Shown: positions 10,976-22,708 of the stretch, piece after piece
How positions within the stretch are numbered: the stretch's first letter is position 1
Layout: each line of letters starts with the position of its first letter
Assembly (NCBI GenBank): GCA_018670435.1
Contig: JABHRC010000037.1
Coordinates: forward strand, 25,467-89,466
Length of the DNA stretch: 64,000 nucleotides
Origin: Gammaproteobacteria bacterium
Lineage (GTDB): Bacteria; Pseudomonadota; Gammaproteobacteria; GCA-002705445; GCA-002716945
Direction: 5' to 3'
Made by a program: the position numbers and the translations under genes
The notes under the pieces: generated by a model
Seen by the model: the letters and a program-made list of their open reading frames with translations, nothing else
Databases searched by the model: none
Told to the model about the DNA's origin: nothing

Positions 10976-11665
10976 TTAATTTTTTAAAAGTAAATTGAAT
11001 TGATCGACTTTTTTAAAGAATTGTTCTTGATACTGGATAAATTCCTCACCATCAACAATAAATTCTTGAAATAAAATATTAGGGGGTGGAGTGCAAACTA
11101 ATATGACCCCTTGACATATTTGAGTATTATAGACTTTGTTGTGAGCCATAGCATAAGCAGATAATTGTAAAAAATAATCTTCTATCCATTCTCTTTTTTT
11201 TGGTTTATTCGACTGCTTAAAATCAATTATACTTTCATTCCCATTATAAACTCCAGATGCATCAGCGGTACCTGCATATAAATTAGGATACGACAAAGTA
11301 ACCTCTGCACCCCATAATTCGTCTAATTTAGAGATACCTTTCTCTATAATCTCCCTAGCCATAATTAGTGACTCTTCATTATCATTAGATAGAAGGTCTA
11401 GCTTGGCTTGGCCAGTTAAGTAATCCTCGATATGTTTATGCATAGCAGTCCCCCTGGACGAGGAGATACTCATAATCCTATTAGCTTCTGTATCACCAAC
11501 CTTTTGTCTCCATCGTAGCAGTGATTCTTTTTTATATTCAGATTCAGTTGCTTTAAGTATTTCAGTGACTGATGGAAGTTTTGTGTTATTAATTTCATAA
11601 TAGCGCGCACCATTGATTGAGGTGCGGGTACTAGATGGGTAATTAAATAATTTATTCCAAAACAT
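10976..11665 (-). CDS. PD-(D/E)XK (RecB/Cas4-like) nuclease family protein
   Basis: Motif series seen by eye: GTADASG (motif II Asp), IIDFKQ (D-x-K) and QLSAY (QxxxY), in the order and spacing typical of RecB-family nucleases. Only 3 nt separate it from the folP start. Confidence 0.6.
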   Translation of the reverse strand: MFWNKLFNYPSSTRTSINGARYYEINNTKLPSVTEILKATESEYKKESLLRWRQKVGDTEANRIMSISSSRGTAMHKHIEDYLTGQAKLDLLSNDNEESLIMAREIIEKGISKLDELWGAEVTLSYPNLYAGTADASGVYNGNESIIDFKQSNKPKKREWIEDYFLQLSAYAMAHNKVYNTQICQGVILVCTPPPNILFQEFIVDGEEFIQYQEQFFKKVDQFNLLLKN

Positions 11666-11747
11666 ATTAATTTAATATTTTAGATGTTATTGAGCAAAAA
11701 GAAAGCATAAGTTCAAAACTTTGCTATGAGCTATAATAATTTATATA

Positions 11748-13667
11748 TTACGATACAGGTGTCGTAGCTGGACTATCTTTAGGTTTAGCGGTACTTGAGC
11801 CACCACCATCTTTAGTATCCGAGTTATCATCATCACTCCAGCTTTCTGGAGCAGATGGAATCTTACCATCCATAATTTCATCAATTTGTTTCACATCAAT
11901 GGTTTCATATTTCATCAATGCATCAGCCATAATATGCATTTTGTCCATGTTGTCTTTAATAAGTTTAGTTGCACGCTTGTACTGTACATCTATTATATGT
12001 CTAATCTCTGAATCAATAGTGTGAGCCGTTTCATCGGAAACTGTTTTTTGCTGAGACACAGACTTACCAAGAAATACTTCGTTTTCTTCCTCAGCATATG
12101 CAAGTGGTCCCATTTTTGTTGATAAGCCCCATTTAGTTACCATGCTTCTAGCAAGACCTGTTGCTCTTTCAATGTCATTTGAAGCACCAGTTGTGACTGC
12201 ATCTTCTCCAAATATTTCTTCTTCCGCAACTCTTCCGCCAAAAAGTGCCGCTATCATACTATTAATTCTTTGTTTGCTGTTGCTATATCTGTCCTCTTCA
12301 GGTAAAAACATGGTTACACCAAGAGCTCTGCCTCTAGGTATAATACTCACTTTATAAACTGGGTCATGATCTGGTACAAGTCTGCCAACTACTGCATGTC
12401 CTGCTTCATGATATGCAGTGAGTTTTCTTTCATCGTCATTCATCACCATGGATCTTCTTTCTCCACCCATCAAAATTTTATCTTTTGCTTTTTCAAAATC
12501 GTCCATTGTAACAATTTTCTTGCTTGCTCTTGCAGCAAATAACGCAGCTTCGTTAACTAAGTTTGCTAAATCAGCACCAGAAAACCCTGGTGTACCTCTA
12601 GCTAATAGTTTTGGCTTAACATCATTTGATGTTGGAGTTTTTTTCATATGAACTTTTAATATTTGTTCTCTACCTCTAATATCAGGTAATGGTACTGTTA
12701 CTTGTCTGTCGAATCTTCCAGGTCTTAGTAATGCAGGATCTAGAACATCTGGTCTATTAGTAGCAGCTATTACTATTACTCCTTCATTACCCTCAAAACC
12801 ATCCATTTCTACAAGTAACTGGTTTAATGTTTGCTCTCTTTCATCGTGGCCACCACCTACGCCAGCCCCTCTATGTCTTCCTACAGCATCTATTTCATCG
12901 ATGAAAATTATACATGGAGCATGTTTTTTAGCCTGTTCAAACATATCGCGCACTCTTGATGCGCCTACACCTACGAACATTTCTACGAAATCTGAACCAG
13001 ATATCGTGAAGAATGGAACTTTTGCTTCCCCTGCTATAGCTCTAGCAAGAAGAGTTTTTCCTGTTCCTGGAGAACCAACCATGAGGACACCTCTTGGTAT
13101 TTGACCACCTAAATTTTGAAACTTACCTGGGTCTCTAAGGAAATCAACAAGTTCTTTAACTTCTTCTTTTGCTTCTTCGACTCCAGCCACGTCTTTGAAT
13201 GTTACTTTTACCTGATCTTCTGTTTGTAATTTAGCCTTACTTTTACCAAAAGACATTGCTCCGCGACCGCCGCCTCCTCCGCCCTGCATTTGTCTCATAA
13301 AGAATATCCAAACTCCAATTAATAATAGAAATGGAAACCAATGAATGAATATTTGCGCAAGAAATGATTGTTTCTCAGGGGCTTTTCCAGCTATCTTGAC
13401 TTTACTCTTTAATAATTCTCCAACTAACGCTGAATTGTCTGTTTCTGGGCTAAATGTAATAAATGATTGGCCAGACTTTAATGTACCTGAAATTTCTCTG
13501 CCTGATATAGTGACTTCTTCAACTTGTCCAGTTTGGACCTGTTGCATAAACTCAGAATAATTATATTCATCAGACGCATTGTTACGCCCATTCATTCCTG
13601 TGAATAACGACAATACAACTACTGCAATTACAGTCCATATTACTAAATTTTTAATTACATCACTCAT
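11748..13667 (-). CDS. ftsH: ATP-dependent zinc metalloprotease FtsH
   Basis: Walker [12 protein letters not shown], second region of homology and HEAGHA zinc site; 639 aa. Confidence 0.97.
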   Translation of the reverse strand: MSDVIKNLVIWTVIAVVVLSLFTGMNGRNNASDEYNYSEFMQQVQTGQVEEVTISGREISGTLKSGQSFITFSPETDNSALVGELLKSKVKIAGKAPEKQSFLAQIFIHWFPFLLLIGVWIFFMRQMQGGGGGGRGAMSFGKSKAKLQTEDQVKVTFKDVAGVEEAKEEVKELVDFLRDPGKFQNLGGQIPRGVLMVGSPGTGKTLLARAIAGEAKVPFFTISGSDFVEMFVGVGASRVRDMFEQAKKHAPCIIFIDEIDAVGRHRGAGVGGGHDEREQTLNQLLVEMDGFEGNEGVIVIAATNRPDVLDPALLRPGRFDRQVTVPLPDIRGREQILKVHMKKTPTSNDVKPKLLARGTPGFSGADLANLVNEAALFAARASKKIVTMDDFEKAKDKILMGGERRSMVMNDDERKLTAYHEAGHAVVGRLVPDHDPVYKVSIIPRGRALGVTMFLPEEDRYSNSKQRINSMIAALFGGRVAEEEIFGEDAVTTGASNDIERATGLARSMVTKWGLSTKMGPLAYAEEENEVFLGKSVSQQKTVSDETAHTIDSEIRHIIDVQYKRATKLIKDNMDKMHIMADALMKYETIDVKQIDEIMDGKIPSAPESWSDDDNSDTKDGGGSSTAKPKDSPATTPVS

Positions 13668-13747
13668 ATGCTATATTTTCCTTTCTTTAGAATCATTCTA
13701 TTTTTAAGACTTGTATTTGTCAATCTAATAACTACTCTTTTACTATA

Positions 13748-14362
13748 TCAGTCTTTGAATCCAATACAAATCAGGTATACCTCATTACTCTTTTTTTTTG
13801 AGGAGGCTGGTTTAAAAACATTAATTTTACTAAAGTTATTATTTAATGTTTTTCGAGTCGTTTCAAAACTGCTTCCTAAAAAATATTTCATCACCAGCAT
13901 TCCATTCGGCTTTAGTTTAAATCTACAAAATCTTAGTATATCTATCGCAATATAAGAGAAGTTGCTCTGATCAATATCGCTTATACCTGTAATGTTGGGG
14001 GCTATATCAGATAATACAAGGTCTAACTTGGAATCTTTCTTCTCAAATAATTGAGTGTATGAATCATAATCTTTGATATCCTGCTCTGCAATATATACTC
14101 CATCTATTGGCTCTACATTCAGTAAATCTATTCCGACTATAAAATTAATATTTTTAAATTCCTTCAAAACTTGAAGCCATGAGCCAGGAGCACATCCAAG
14201 GTCTGCAACAGAAATTACTTTCTTCAAGAAATTATATTTTTCATCTATTGCTTTTAACTTGTAGGCAGCACGCGACCTATACTTATCCTGTTTAGATCTT
14301 TTCACGAAAGTATCTTCTGAGTGACGTCTAACCCAATTAGATGTTTTATTAACCTTGGTCAT
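13748..14362 (-). CDS. rlmE: 23S rRNA (uridine2552-2'-O)-methyltransferase
   Basis: RSRAAYKL and DLGCAPGSW SAM motifs; upstream of ftsH as in other Gammaproteobacteria. Confidence 0.93.
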   Translation of the reverse strand: MTKVNKTSNWVRRHSEDTFVKRSKQDKYRSRAAYKLKAIDEKYNFLKKVISVADLGCAPGSWLQVLKEFKNINFIVGIDLLNVEPIDGVYIAEQDIKDYDSYTQLFEKKDSKLDLVLSDIAPNITGISDIDQSNFSYIAIDILRFCRFKLKPNGMLVMKYFLGSSFETTRKTLNNNFSKINVFKPASSKKKSNEVYLICIGFKD

Positions 14363-14412
14363 GATTAAGATTATATCATTGAAATAGATTATTTTGATTG
14401 ATATGATGTTAT

Positions 14413-14913
14413 ATGACTGAAATCACCTTACAAGGAAATAAGATTAATACTAATGCGGAAATACCAGAAGTTGGAGGACAGGCCCCTGATTTTACCCTGG
14501 TAGATTCTGAACTTAATAATGTAAATTTATCGTCATACAAAGGAAAGAATATTGTATTAAATATAATTCCTAGTCTTGATACTCCAGTATGTCAGAAATC
14601 AACTAAAATATTTAATGAGCGAGTAGCCGCAATGAATAATGTTGTTGTCTTGGCTGTTTCAGCAGATTTGCCATTTGCCATGAAAAGGTTTTGTACCAGT
14701 GAAAATATAAATTCAGTGATACCTTTATCTATGATGAGGTCTAGAAATTTTGCAAAAGATTATGGGGTTCTACTAGTAGACGGTCCATTATCTGGTATAA
14801 CAGCAAGAGCAGTGGTTGTAATTAATAAAAATAATGAAATCATTCATTCAGAGTTAGTAAATGAAATCGCCAACGAACCTAATTATGATGATGCATTAGA
14901 TTGCATATCATAA
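14413..14913 (+). CDS. tpx: Thiol peroxidase
   Basis: 166 aa Tpx-type peroxiredoxin with SLDTPVCQ peroxidatic Cys and the later ...FCT.. resolving Cys. Confidence 0.9.
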   Translation: MTEITLQGNKINTNAEIPEVGGQAPDFTLVDSELNNVNLSSYKGKNIVLNIIPSLDTPVCQKSTKIFNERVAAMNNVVVLAVSADLPFAMKRFCTSENINSVIPLSMMRSRNFAKDYGVLLVDGPLSGITARAVVVINKNNEIIHSELVNEIANEPNYDDALDCIS

Positions 14914-14917
14914 TTAA

Positions 14918-16162
14918 ATGAGTTTCACAAAAAAAGTTCTGATCTCAATGCTTGCTGGTATTATCGTAGGTGTTTTAATTAATAACTTTTTACTTCCGAA
15001 TGATTTTGTAGAATATTATTTAATTAACCAAATTTTCTTAACTATATCATCTCTTTTTTTAATCTTACTTAAGATGATTGTATTACCTCTGATTTTTGTA
15101 TCAGTCATCTCAGGAATTGTATCTATTAATGATGTTTCAACCCTTGGCAGACTTGGTGCAAAAACATTTTCATTGTATATTTTGACTACATTGGTTGCCA
15201 TTACTCTTGCATTATTTATATCTGGCTTTGTCAACTATGATACTGTTGGTCAAATTACAAATAATATACAAAGTAATATTGAGGAAAATATAGATCAGAA
15301 AAATATAATTCTAAGTATATTCCCAACTAACTTCTTTTCAGCTTTGGCTAATGGTAATGTAATTCAAGTTTTAGCATTTGCAGTTTTTGTAGGGGTTGCC
15401 GCATCCTATGTAAAAAAAGAAATTCCTATCTTTATTGAATTAATTGATAATATGAACAAAGTTTTTAATAAAATGGTTATGATAATAATACAGTTGACTC
15501 CAATAGCTGTGTTTGCATTATTAGCTAAAACATTTGCAACTGAAGGAGTCGAGGTTTTTATTCCTTTGATTAAATATTTCTTAGTTGTGGTTTTTGTCTT
15601 AATCACTCATTTTATTTTGACATATTCAATATTACTGAGACTTTTTTCAAACTTAAGCATATATTCGTTCTATACAAAACTAAAAGCTCTGATAATTTTC
15701 ACATTCAGTACCTCTAGTAGCAATGCATCTATACCTTATACATTAAACACTGTTGTCCAAAAGTATGGGGTGGACAAATCTTTTGCCTCATTTTCTATAC
15801 CGCTTGGCGCAACAATCAATATGGATGGTACAGCAATCATGCAAGGCTGTGCGGCATACTTTTTAGCATCATATTATGGTATAAATTTGGCATTTAGTGA
15901 CATGATAACCATAATACTGACCGCAACAATTGCATCAGTTGGGACTGCTGGAATTCCTAGCGCTGGTATCATTATGTTATCTCTTATACTAGCTGAACTA
16001 GGGATTCCTCTCGAAGGTATTACATTATTATTAGGAGTTGATAGACTCCTTGACATGATGCGGACAAGTGTAAATGTTACTGGAGATACTTGTATAACCT
16101 GTGTTGTTGCCAAAAGCGAAGGTTTGATAAATATCAAAAACTTTAATCAATTAGACAGGTAA
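14918..16162 (+). CDS. Dicarboxylate/amino acid:cation symporter (DAACS family)
   Basis: 414 aa polytopic protein with family-typical segments (FSTSSSNASIP, GATINMDGTA, VDRLLDMMRTSVNVTGD). Confidence 0.85.
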   Translation: MSFTKKVLISMLAGIIVGVLINNFLLPNDFVEYYLINQIFLTISSLFLILLKMIVLPLIFVSVISGIVSINDVSTLGRLGAKTFSLYILTTLVAITLALFISGFVNYDTVGQITNNIQSNIEENIDQKNIILSIFPTNFFSALANGNVIQVLAFAVFVGVAASYVKKEIPIFIELIDNMNKVFNKMVMIIIQLTPIAVFALLAKTFATEGVEVFIPLIKYFLVVVFVLITHFILTYSILLRLFSNLSIYSFYTKLKALIIFTFSTSSSNASIPYTLNTVVQKYGVDKSFASFSIPLGATINMDGTAIMQGCAAYFLASYYGINLAFSDMITIILTATIASVGTAGIPSAGIIMLSLILAELGIPLEGITLLLGVDRLLDMMRTSVNVTGDTCITCVVAKSEGLINIKNFNQLDR

Positions 16163-19100
16163 TCAATTAATAGTATCATGTCTAGACTGTATATCAGTTG
16201 CATCAAAGTTATCAATAAATAAAATAGCCTTACAGAAAGCTTTTGCGCCAGATATTGTAGTTGTTAAGCAAACATTATTATTATTAGCTTCCTTTCTTAT
16301 TGAAAAAGAATCTTTAATTGATCTTGCACCTTCTGTTGTATTGATAATCAAATGAACCTCTCCATTTTTGATCATGTCAACTATATGAGGCTGTCCTTCT
16401 TTAACTTTATTAACTTTATTGCACCCAATATTTTTTTCTTCTAAATATTTTTGAGTTCCTCTTGTCGCATAAAGGTTGAAACCTATATCAATTAAATCTT
16501 TTGCAATACTACATATAGCAGACTTATCTTTATCTCTCACGCTAAGAAAAACATTCCCTGTCTTAGGTAAGATTACTCCTGCGGCTCTTTGAGCTTTGAA
16601 ATAAGCTTCTCCAAAACTTTTTCCAATTCCCATCACTTCACCAGTTGATTTCATTTCAGGACCTAACAGTACATCTACTTCTGGAAACTTAGAAAATGGT
16701 AGCACTGCCTCTTTGACAGAAAAATAGTTTGGTACAACTTCTTGAGTTAACTTAAGATCTTTCAGACTTTTCCCAGCCATTACAATTGCTCCAATTTTTG
16801 CAAGTTGTATACCAATTGCTTTAGATACAAAAGGGGCTGTTCGAGATGCACGTGGATTTACCTCCAAAAGAAAAATTTCATTCTCTTTAATTGCAAATTG
16901 AGTATTCATTAAGCCAATTACATTTAATTCTAACGCTAATTGTCTAACTTGCTTTCTAAGTCGCATCAAAATACTATCAGACAAAGTATATGGAGGTATA
17001 GAGCATCCAGAGTCACCAGAATGAATTCCTGCTTCTTCTATATGCTCCATAATTGCTCCTATAAATACATCTTTACCGTCGCAAATTAAATCTATATCCA
17101 CTTCAATTGCATCATTTAAAAATCTATCTAAAAGTACGGGCGAATCATTTGAAACTAAAACAGCTTCATCCATATACCTCTTCAAGTCTTCATCTGTTGT
17201 TACTATCTCCATAGCTCTACCACCTAGAACATAAGATGGCCTTACGACTAACGGGTAACCTATTTCATTAGCAGCTTTCATTGCTTGATCAGTATCAGAA
17301 GCAATAGCATTTCTAGGTTGCTTTAGACCTAGTTTTTCAACCAAATCTTTAAACTTTTCACGATCTTCAGCTACATCAATAGCTTCCGGTGAAGTTCCGA
17401 TAATATTTACTTTATTAGCTTTCAATTGTTTTGCTAATTTCAGAGGAGTTTGTCCTCCATACTGTACGATAACACCATGAGGATTTTCTATATCGATGAT
17501 AGACATAACATCTTCCAGAGTTAAAGGTTCAAAATATAATCGATCGGAAATATCAAAATCAGTAGAGACAGTTTCAGGATTACAATTTACCATAATAGTC
17601 TCATAACCTTCTTCTCTTAACGCAAGAGATGCATGAACACAACAGTAATCAAATTCTATGCCTTGCCCAATCCTGTTAGGTCCTCCACCAAGAATCATTA
17701 TTTTTTTATTATCAGTTGGGTTTGATTCACATTCTTCATCATATGAGGAATACATATATGCGGTGGTAGCTTCAAATTCTGCAGCACAAGCGTCTACTCT
17801 TTTGAATATAGGTTTAATATTATATTTTAATCTTAAGTTTTTTATATCGATTTCCATACAATCTACACATCTAGCAATAAATGAATCAGAAAACCCTTTT
17901 TTCTTAAGACTCATCAGGGATGCTTGAGTTAGATAACCTATATCCTTACATTTTAAATTCTTTTCTTCCTTCACCAAGTCTTCTATTTGAGACAAAAACC
18001 ACAAATCAATACTAGTTAAATTATGCACATCGGATAGGGAATAATTTTGCCTAAATGCTTCAGAAACATATAATATTCTCTCAGGAGTTGGAGATCTTAG
18101 CTCGTTTTTCAAAAAGTCACTATTCTCTTCACTAGGCAAACTCATCTCTTTTAACCCATCAATACCTATCTCAAGACCACGAAGAGCTTTCTGAAAAGAT
18201 TCTTGAAAATTTCTTCCTATAGCCATTACTTCACCAACTGATTTCATTTGAGTAGTTAACTTATTATCTGCTTCTTTAAATTTTTCAAAAGCAAACCTTG
18301 GGATCTTTGTAACAACATAATCAATGCTTGGTTCAAATGATGCAGGAATAACGTTGCCTGTAATTTCATTTCTTAGTTCGTCCAAAGTATATCCAATAGC
18401 GAGTTTTGCTGCAATTTTAGCAATAGGAAAACCAGTGGCTTTTGATGCTAACGCTGAGGATCTAGATACTCTTGGATTCATTTCTATGACGAGTACTCTT
18501 CCGTCTTTTGGTGAAATAGCAAATTGTACATTTGATCCACCAGTGTCAACCCCTATCTTTCTGAGCACCTGTATGGATGCATTTCTTAATGTTTGATATT
18601 CTTTATCTGTTAATGTTTGTGCTGGAGCAACAGTTATAGAATCTCCTGTATGTACCCCCATAGGATCAATATTCTCAATAGAACAAATAATAATACAGTT
18701 ATCATTTCGATCTCTGACCACCTCCATCTCAAACTCTTTCCATCCAATAACTGACTCTTCAATCAACACCTCGCTTGTAGGAGATAAATCTACTCCTCTT
18801 TTTACAATCGTTTCAAAATCTTGTACATTATAAGCAATCCCTCCACCAGATCCCCCCAGGGTAAAAGATGGTCTTATTAAGACTGGAAAACCTATTTTTT
18901 TCTGATGTATGAGAGCCTCCTCATAATCATGAGCAATATAAGCTGTTGCCGTCTCTAGTCCAATTTCAGACATTGCATTTTTAAATAACTCTCTATCTTC
19001 TGCCATGTCAATTGAATCAACACTAGCGCCAATTATTTCTACATTATATTTTTCTAAGATTTTATGTCTATTTAAATCAAGTGTTGTATTAAGAGCAGTT

Positions 19101-19378
19101 TGTCCCCCCATGGTTGGAAGAATTGCATCTGGTTTTTCCTTAATAATAATTTTTTCTATATTTCGCCAATGTATTGGCTCAATATAAACTTTATCTGCCA
19201 TGTCTGGATCAGTCATTATTGTAGCTGGGTTAGAATTAACAAGAATAACCCTTATCCCTTCTTCTCTTAAAGCTCTACATGCTTGGACACCAGAATAATC
19301 GAACTCGCAGGCTTGTCCTATTACTATTGGGCCTGCGCCTATGATTAAAACACTTTTAATTTTTTTATTTGCTGGCAT
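16163..19378 (-). CDS. carB: Carbamoyl-phosphate synthase large subunit
   Basis: Duplicated ATP-grasp halves ([17 protein letters not shown] / [17 protein letters not shown]) and an MGS-like C-terminus. ATG at 19378 (MPANKKIKS...) chosen over the ORF-track start at 19414. Confidence 0.96.
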   Translation of the reverse strand: MPANKKIKSVLIIGAGPIVIGQACEFDYSGVQACRALREEGIRVILVNSNPATIMTDPDMADKVYIEPIHWRNIEKIIIKEKPDAILPTMGGQTALNTTLDLNRHKILEKYNVEIIGASVDSIDMAEDRELFKNAMSEIGLETATAYIAHDYEEALIHQKKIGFPVLIRPSFTLGGSGGGIAYNVQDFETIVKRGVDLSPTSEVLIEESVIGWKEFEMEVVRDRNDNCIIICSIENIDPMGVHTGDSITVAPAQTLTDKEYQTLRNASIQVLRKIGVDTGGSNVQFAISPKDGRVLVIEMNPRVSRSSALASKATGFPIAKIAAKLAIGYTLDELRNEITGNVIPASFEPSIDYVVTKIPRFAFEKFKEADNKLTTQMKSVGEVMAIGRNFQESFQKALRGLEIGIDGLKEMSLPSEENSDFLKNELRSPTPERILYVSEAFRQNYSLSDVHNLTSIDLWFLSQIEDLVKEEKNLKCKDIGYLTQASLMSLKKKGFSDSFIARCVDCMEIDIKNLRLKYNIKPIFKRVDACAAEFEATTAYMYSSYDEECESNPTDNKKIMILGGGPNRIGQGIEFDYCCVHASLALREEGYETIMVNCNPETVSTDFDISDRLYFEPLTLEDVMSIIDIENPHGVIVQYGGQTPLKLAKQLKANKVNIIGTSPEAIDVAEDREKFKDLVEKLGLKQPRNAIASDTDQAMKAANEIGYPLVVRPSYVLGGRAMEIVTTDEDLKRYMDEAVLVSNDSPVLLDRFLNDAIEVDIDLICDGKDVFIGAIMEHIEEAGIHSGDSGCSIPPYTLSDSILMRLRKQVRQLALELNVIGLMNTQFAIKENEIFLLEVNPRASRTAPFVSKAIGIQLAKIGAIVMAGKSLKDLKLTQEVVPNYFSVKEAVLPFSKFPEVDVLLGPEMKSTGEVMGIGKSFGEAYFKAQRAAGVILPKTGNVFLSVRDKDKSAICSIAKDLIDIGFNLYATRGTQKYLEEKNIGCNKVNKVKEGQPHIVDMIKNGEVHLIINTTEGARSIKDSFSIRKEANNNNVCLTTTISGAKAFCKAILFIDNFDATDIQSRHDTIN

Positions 19379-20507
19379 TTTTCCTCTTAGACATAGATAA
19401 AATAAACTTTTCAAAAATTAAATTAATATCTTGTGGTCCAGGACTAGCCTCAGGATGTCCTTGAAAACCAAAAGCATATTTTTCTTTAACTTCAAATCCT
19501 TGAAGAGAATTATCAAATAGAGAAATATGTGTTGGTACAACATTATCAGAAAGATTCTTGTCATCAATCATAAAACCATGGTTCTGGCTGGTAATAAAAA
19601 CTTTTTTAGTTGCCAAATCCATTACTGGATGATTAGCGCCATGATGACCAAATTTCATCTTAATTGTTTTACTTCCAGATGCTAATGCTAATAACTGAAA
19701 TCCTAAGCATATGCCAAATAATGGAATTTTTTTATCAAACAAAGTCTTGATATTATCAATAGCATATTCACAAGCCTTCGGATCACCGGGGCCATTTGAT
19801 AGAAATACCCCGTCAGGGTTCATCTTTAAAATCTCATCAACGTTATAATCCGCAGGTACAACAGTCAAATCACAACCAAGATCTTTTAAAATTCTAAGAA
19901 TATTCTGTTTTATCCCAAAATCATAAGCAATAACTTTGAACGATGACTTTTCACTTTGCTCATTGTTTTCTTGATATATATCAGTTAACCCTTTGTCCCA
20001 GCTATACACACTCTTGGTGGTTACTTTTTTTGCAAGATCTGCTCCGAGCAGACCATCAAAGCTTTTAATTTTCTCTTTTGCTGCTTTTAAATCAATTTTA
20101 CCAGACATTATGCAACCATGCTGTGATCCTTTCGTTCTGAGAATCTTTGTTAACTTTCTTGTATCAATCCCACATATCGCAACAATATTTTGATGCTTTA
20201 AGAAATTTTGAAGTGTGTCATTTTTACGCCAACTGTTAGATAGAATTTCACTATCTCTGAAGATTGCCCCAGATGCATGAACTTTAAGTGATTCCATATC
20301 CTCGTTATTCACACCAGTATTTCCTATATGAGGATTAGTGAAAGTAATAATTTGGCTATCATACGAAGGATCAGTAAGAATCTCCTGATATCCCGTCATG
20401 GAGGTATTGAATACAACTTCGCCAACAGAAAATCCCTCGGCTCCAATGGAATGGCCGCTAAAGGTACTGCCATCTTCTAATAAAAGTATTGCTTCAGAAT
20501 TATTCAA
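19365..20507 (-). CDS. carA: Carbamoyl-phosphate synthase small subunit (glutamine amidotransferase)
   Basis: GICLGFQLL nucleophile elbow and HGANHP; precedes carB. Confidence 0.96.
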   Translation of the reverse strand: MNNSEAILLLEDGSTFSGHSIGAEGFSVGEVVFNTSMTGYQEILTDPSYDSQIITFTNPHIGNTGVNNEDMESLKVHASGAIFRDSEILSNSWRKNDTLQNFLKHQNIVAICGIDTRKLTKILRTKGSQHGCIMSGKIDLKAAKEKIKSFDGLLGADLAKKVTTKSVYSWDKGLTDIYQENNEQSEKSSFKVIAYDFGIKQNILRILKDLGCDLTVVPADYNVDEILKMNPDGVFLSNGPGDPKACEYAIDNIKTLFDKKIPLFGICLGFQLLALASGSKTIKMKFGHHGANHPVMDLATKKVFITSQNHGFMIDDKNLSDNVVPTHISLFDNSLQGFEVKEKYAFGFQGHPEASPGPQDINLIFEKFILSMSKRKNASK

Positions 20508-20523
20508 GGTTATATATGTGTGT

Positions 20524-20570
20524 TAAAAAAAAGATGGCTCTCTCGGAGTCATCTTTATTTGTTTTTTTTT
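20524..20570. terminator. Bidirectional rho-independent terminator between rsmI and carA
   Basis: 9-bp stem AGATGGCTC / GAGTCATCT (20531-20539 / 20545-20553, one G-U pair) with a 5-nt loop, flanked by an A-run upstream and a T-run downstream. A U-tract therefore follows the hairpin on either strand. Confidence 0.7.
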
Positions 20571-20602
20571 AGTTTGCATCTAAAACTAAATAATACGTGA
20601 GA

Positions 20603-21430
20603 CTAGCCTCCCTGTCTAATATTTAATACATATTTATACAATTCTTTTTTATTTATATCATTGAACAATCGGATTATATTGACAACCTCGCTAGCAGAGT
20701 ATTTTTTAGATAACTCTGATATTTTTTTTTCCATTGTTTCTATATTTATTTGTTTGATAGTACTTGTCCCAATTATCATAGTTATTTCACCGGTCAATGG
20801 TTCTCTAGAAAATTTTGTTGTTAATTCACTTGCTGTACCAAATAATATCTCTTCATGGATCTTGGTTAACTCTCTCATTATACCAATATTTGTGTCACCA
20901 CCGAGAATATCAGTAATATCAGATAATACTGAAATAACCCTGTGTTTGCTCTCAAATATTATTCCAGGCATTGAAAATGTCTTGATCTTTAATAGCTGCA
21001 TCTTTCTCTCTGAAGATTTTTTTGATAAAAATCCTAAAAACATAAAATTATTAATAGGTATTTTAGATACTGATAGCGCTGTTGTTAAAGAACTCGCTCC
21101 AGGAATAGGTATAACTTTAAATGATGAACCTATTTCTTTTACTAGCTCAAAACCTGGATCAGATAATGATGGTGTGCCAGCATCAGATACAAGAGATATA
21201 CTCATCCCTTCTGATAAATCTTGTAAGATTGAACTTCTTTTTCTTTTTTCATTATCCTTATTAAATGTGACGATTCTCTTATTAATATTATATTCACTTA
21301 ATAATTTTGATGTCCTAGCAGAGCTTTCTGCTAAAACATAATCAGAATTCTTTAGTACCTCTACAGCACGAAATGTCATGTCTTGGAGGTTACCAATTGG
21401 TGTTGCAACTATATAAAGGGTACCTAGCAT
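20603..21430 (-). CDS. rsmI: 16S rRNA (cytidine1402-2'-O)-methyltransferase
   Basis: Tetrapyrrole-methylase fold with start MLGTLYIVATPIGNLQD; divergent from a diaA-like gene as in E. coli. Confidence 0.88.
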   Translation of the reverse strand: MLGTLYIVATPIGNLQDMTFRAVEVLKNSDYVLAESSARTSKLLSEYNINKRIVTFNKDNEKRKRSSILQDLSEGMSISLVSDAGTPSLSDPGFELVKEIGSSFKVIPIPGASSLTTALSVSKIPINNFMFLGFLSKKSSERKMQLLKIKTFSMPGIIFESKHRVISVLSDITDILGGDTNIGIMRELTKIHEEILFGTASELTTKFSREPLTGEITMIIGTSTIKQINIETMEKKISELSKKYSASEVVNIIRLFNDINKKELYKYVLNIRQGG

Positions 21431-21502
21431 AATTCAGAAAATATATTGTGTTTATTCTTGCTAGGTTATATTGTAGTATAATCAAAGTCCAATGGTAAAA
21501 TT

Positions 21503-22090
21503 ATGAAAAATATAGAAATAATTAAAAGTAATTTTATTGAAAATCAAAAAATCAACTTGTTATCAGTTGACAAAATATCACCTTCTATTGACTCCGCGGT
21601 AAACTGCCTCATTAAAATGATTAATGGCTCAGGAAAATTAATGTCTTGTGGGAATGGTGGGTCTTCTGGTGATGCACAACATATCGCCTCAGAGTTCGTT
21701 AATCGATTTGAAATAGAGAGGAAGGAAATGCCAGCAATTTCTCTAAATTCTGATACCACTACTATTACATCTATAGGTAATGACTATGGTTATGAATATA
21801 TCTTTTCTAAACAGATAAATGCAATAGGCAATGAAAAAGATATTCTGATGGCTTTTACAACTAGTGGTAATTCTAAAAATATTATAGAAGCTATTTATGC
21901 TGCAAAAAGGAAGAATATCAAAGTTTTGTTAGTTACTGGCGGTACTGGAGGTAAAGCTAAAGATTTGATTGGGCCTGATGATATAAGTATTATAGTACCC
22001 AGTAATAGAACTAGTAGAATTCAAGAGATGACATTAATAGTTATTCATTCTATTTGCGAGTGTATTGATAAATACTGCCAAAACAGATGA
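21503..22090 (+). CDS. diaA: SIS-domain protein, DiaA/GmhA family (closer to DiaA by eye)
   Basis: SCGNGGS...AQH...NRFEIERKEMPAISL...TSGNS...RIQEM resembles E. coli DiaA as I recall it. GmhA (phosphoheptose isomerase) function cannot be excluded. Confidence 0.7.
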   Translation: MKNIEIIKSNFIENQKINLLSVDKISPSIDSAVNCLIKMINGSGKLMSCGNGGSSGDAQHIASEFVNRFEIERKEMPAISLNSDTTTITSIGNDYGYEYIFSKQINAIGNEKDILMAFTTSGNSKNIIEAIYAAKRKNIKVLLVTGGTGGKAKDLIGPDDISIIVPSNRTSRIQEMTLIVIHSICECIDKYCQNR

Positions 22091-22705
22091 TTACATATCT
22101 CTTTCAGTTTCAGTCAAGCTTGCCTGAAAAGATTCGCGGTTGAATATACGATCAGAATAGTCATCGATAATTTTCTTGTTTTCAGTTATTTCAACGCCAA
22201 GGGATTTAATTCTCCATAATAATGGTGCTAAACTACAGTCGACTAAACCAAAGTCATCACTCATAAAAAAACTATCTGTAATCAGAGGTATAATTTCTAA
22301 AAAATAGGATTTTATTTTATCCTTAAAAGCATCTTCCAGTCCGCCGTTTTTATATGCTTTATCAAACTCTGGATACCAGGTATGCTCTATTCTATCTAAT
22401 GCCAATCTAAATTTTGCTCTAGCGACCGGATCAACAGGTAATAACGGAGGATGAGGAAATCTTTCATCTAAGTATTCAATGATTACTCGAGAATTTTGTA
22501 ATACGAGATCTCTGTCGACAAGCGTAGGGAAATCATCATATGGGCTTATAAATTTAATTTCTTCGGAAATATTTGAAATATCGACTTCGTGCAGTTCTGC
22601 AGATATTTCTTTTTCTTTAATAACGAGTCTTGTCCTATGACTATGTAAACAGTCGGGTAAAGAGAATAATAGTATTGCGGATCTTCTGTTTGCTAATGAT
22701 GTCAT
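22091..22705 (-). CDS. sspA: Stringent starvation protein A (GST-like)
   Basis: 204 aa GST-fold protein directly after petABC, the conserved gamma/beta arrangement. No sspB follows. Confidence 0.85.
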   Translation of the reverse strand: MTSLANRRSAILLFSLPDCLHSHRTRLVIKEKEISAELHEVDISNISEEIKFISPYDDFPTLVDRDLVLQNSRVIIEYLDERFPHPPLLPVDPVARAKFRLALDRIEHTWYPEFDKAYKNGGLEDAFKDKIKSYFLEIIPLITDSFFMSDDFGLVDCSLAPLLWRIKSLGVEITENKKIIDDYSDRIFNRESFQASLTETERDM

Positions 22706-22708
22706 AAA

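Noticed and set aside
10976-11665. Interpreting the PD-(D/E)XK nuclease as part of a defence island, toxin-antitoxin pair or prophage remnant
   Set aside because: Both flanks are core essential genes (ftsH, folP). There is no partner ORF, repeat, integrase or tRNA-associated junction, and the composition matches the neighbours.
11666-11747. The 82-nt ftsH-nuclease spacer as a structured RNA or terminator
   Set aside because: Only weak, imperfect complementarity (AGCAAAAAG / CTTTGCT) is present, with no convincing stem plus U-tract. It probably just holds an internal promoter or RBS.
20661-21341. 226-aa plus-strand ORF
   Set aside because: It lies entirely antisense to the well-supported rsmI gene. 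Its product is low-complexity and I/L/S/N-rich with no motifs. This is a typical shadow ORF of an AT-rich genome.
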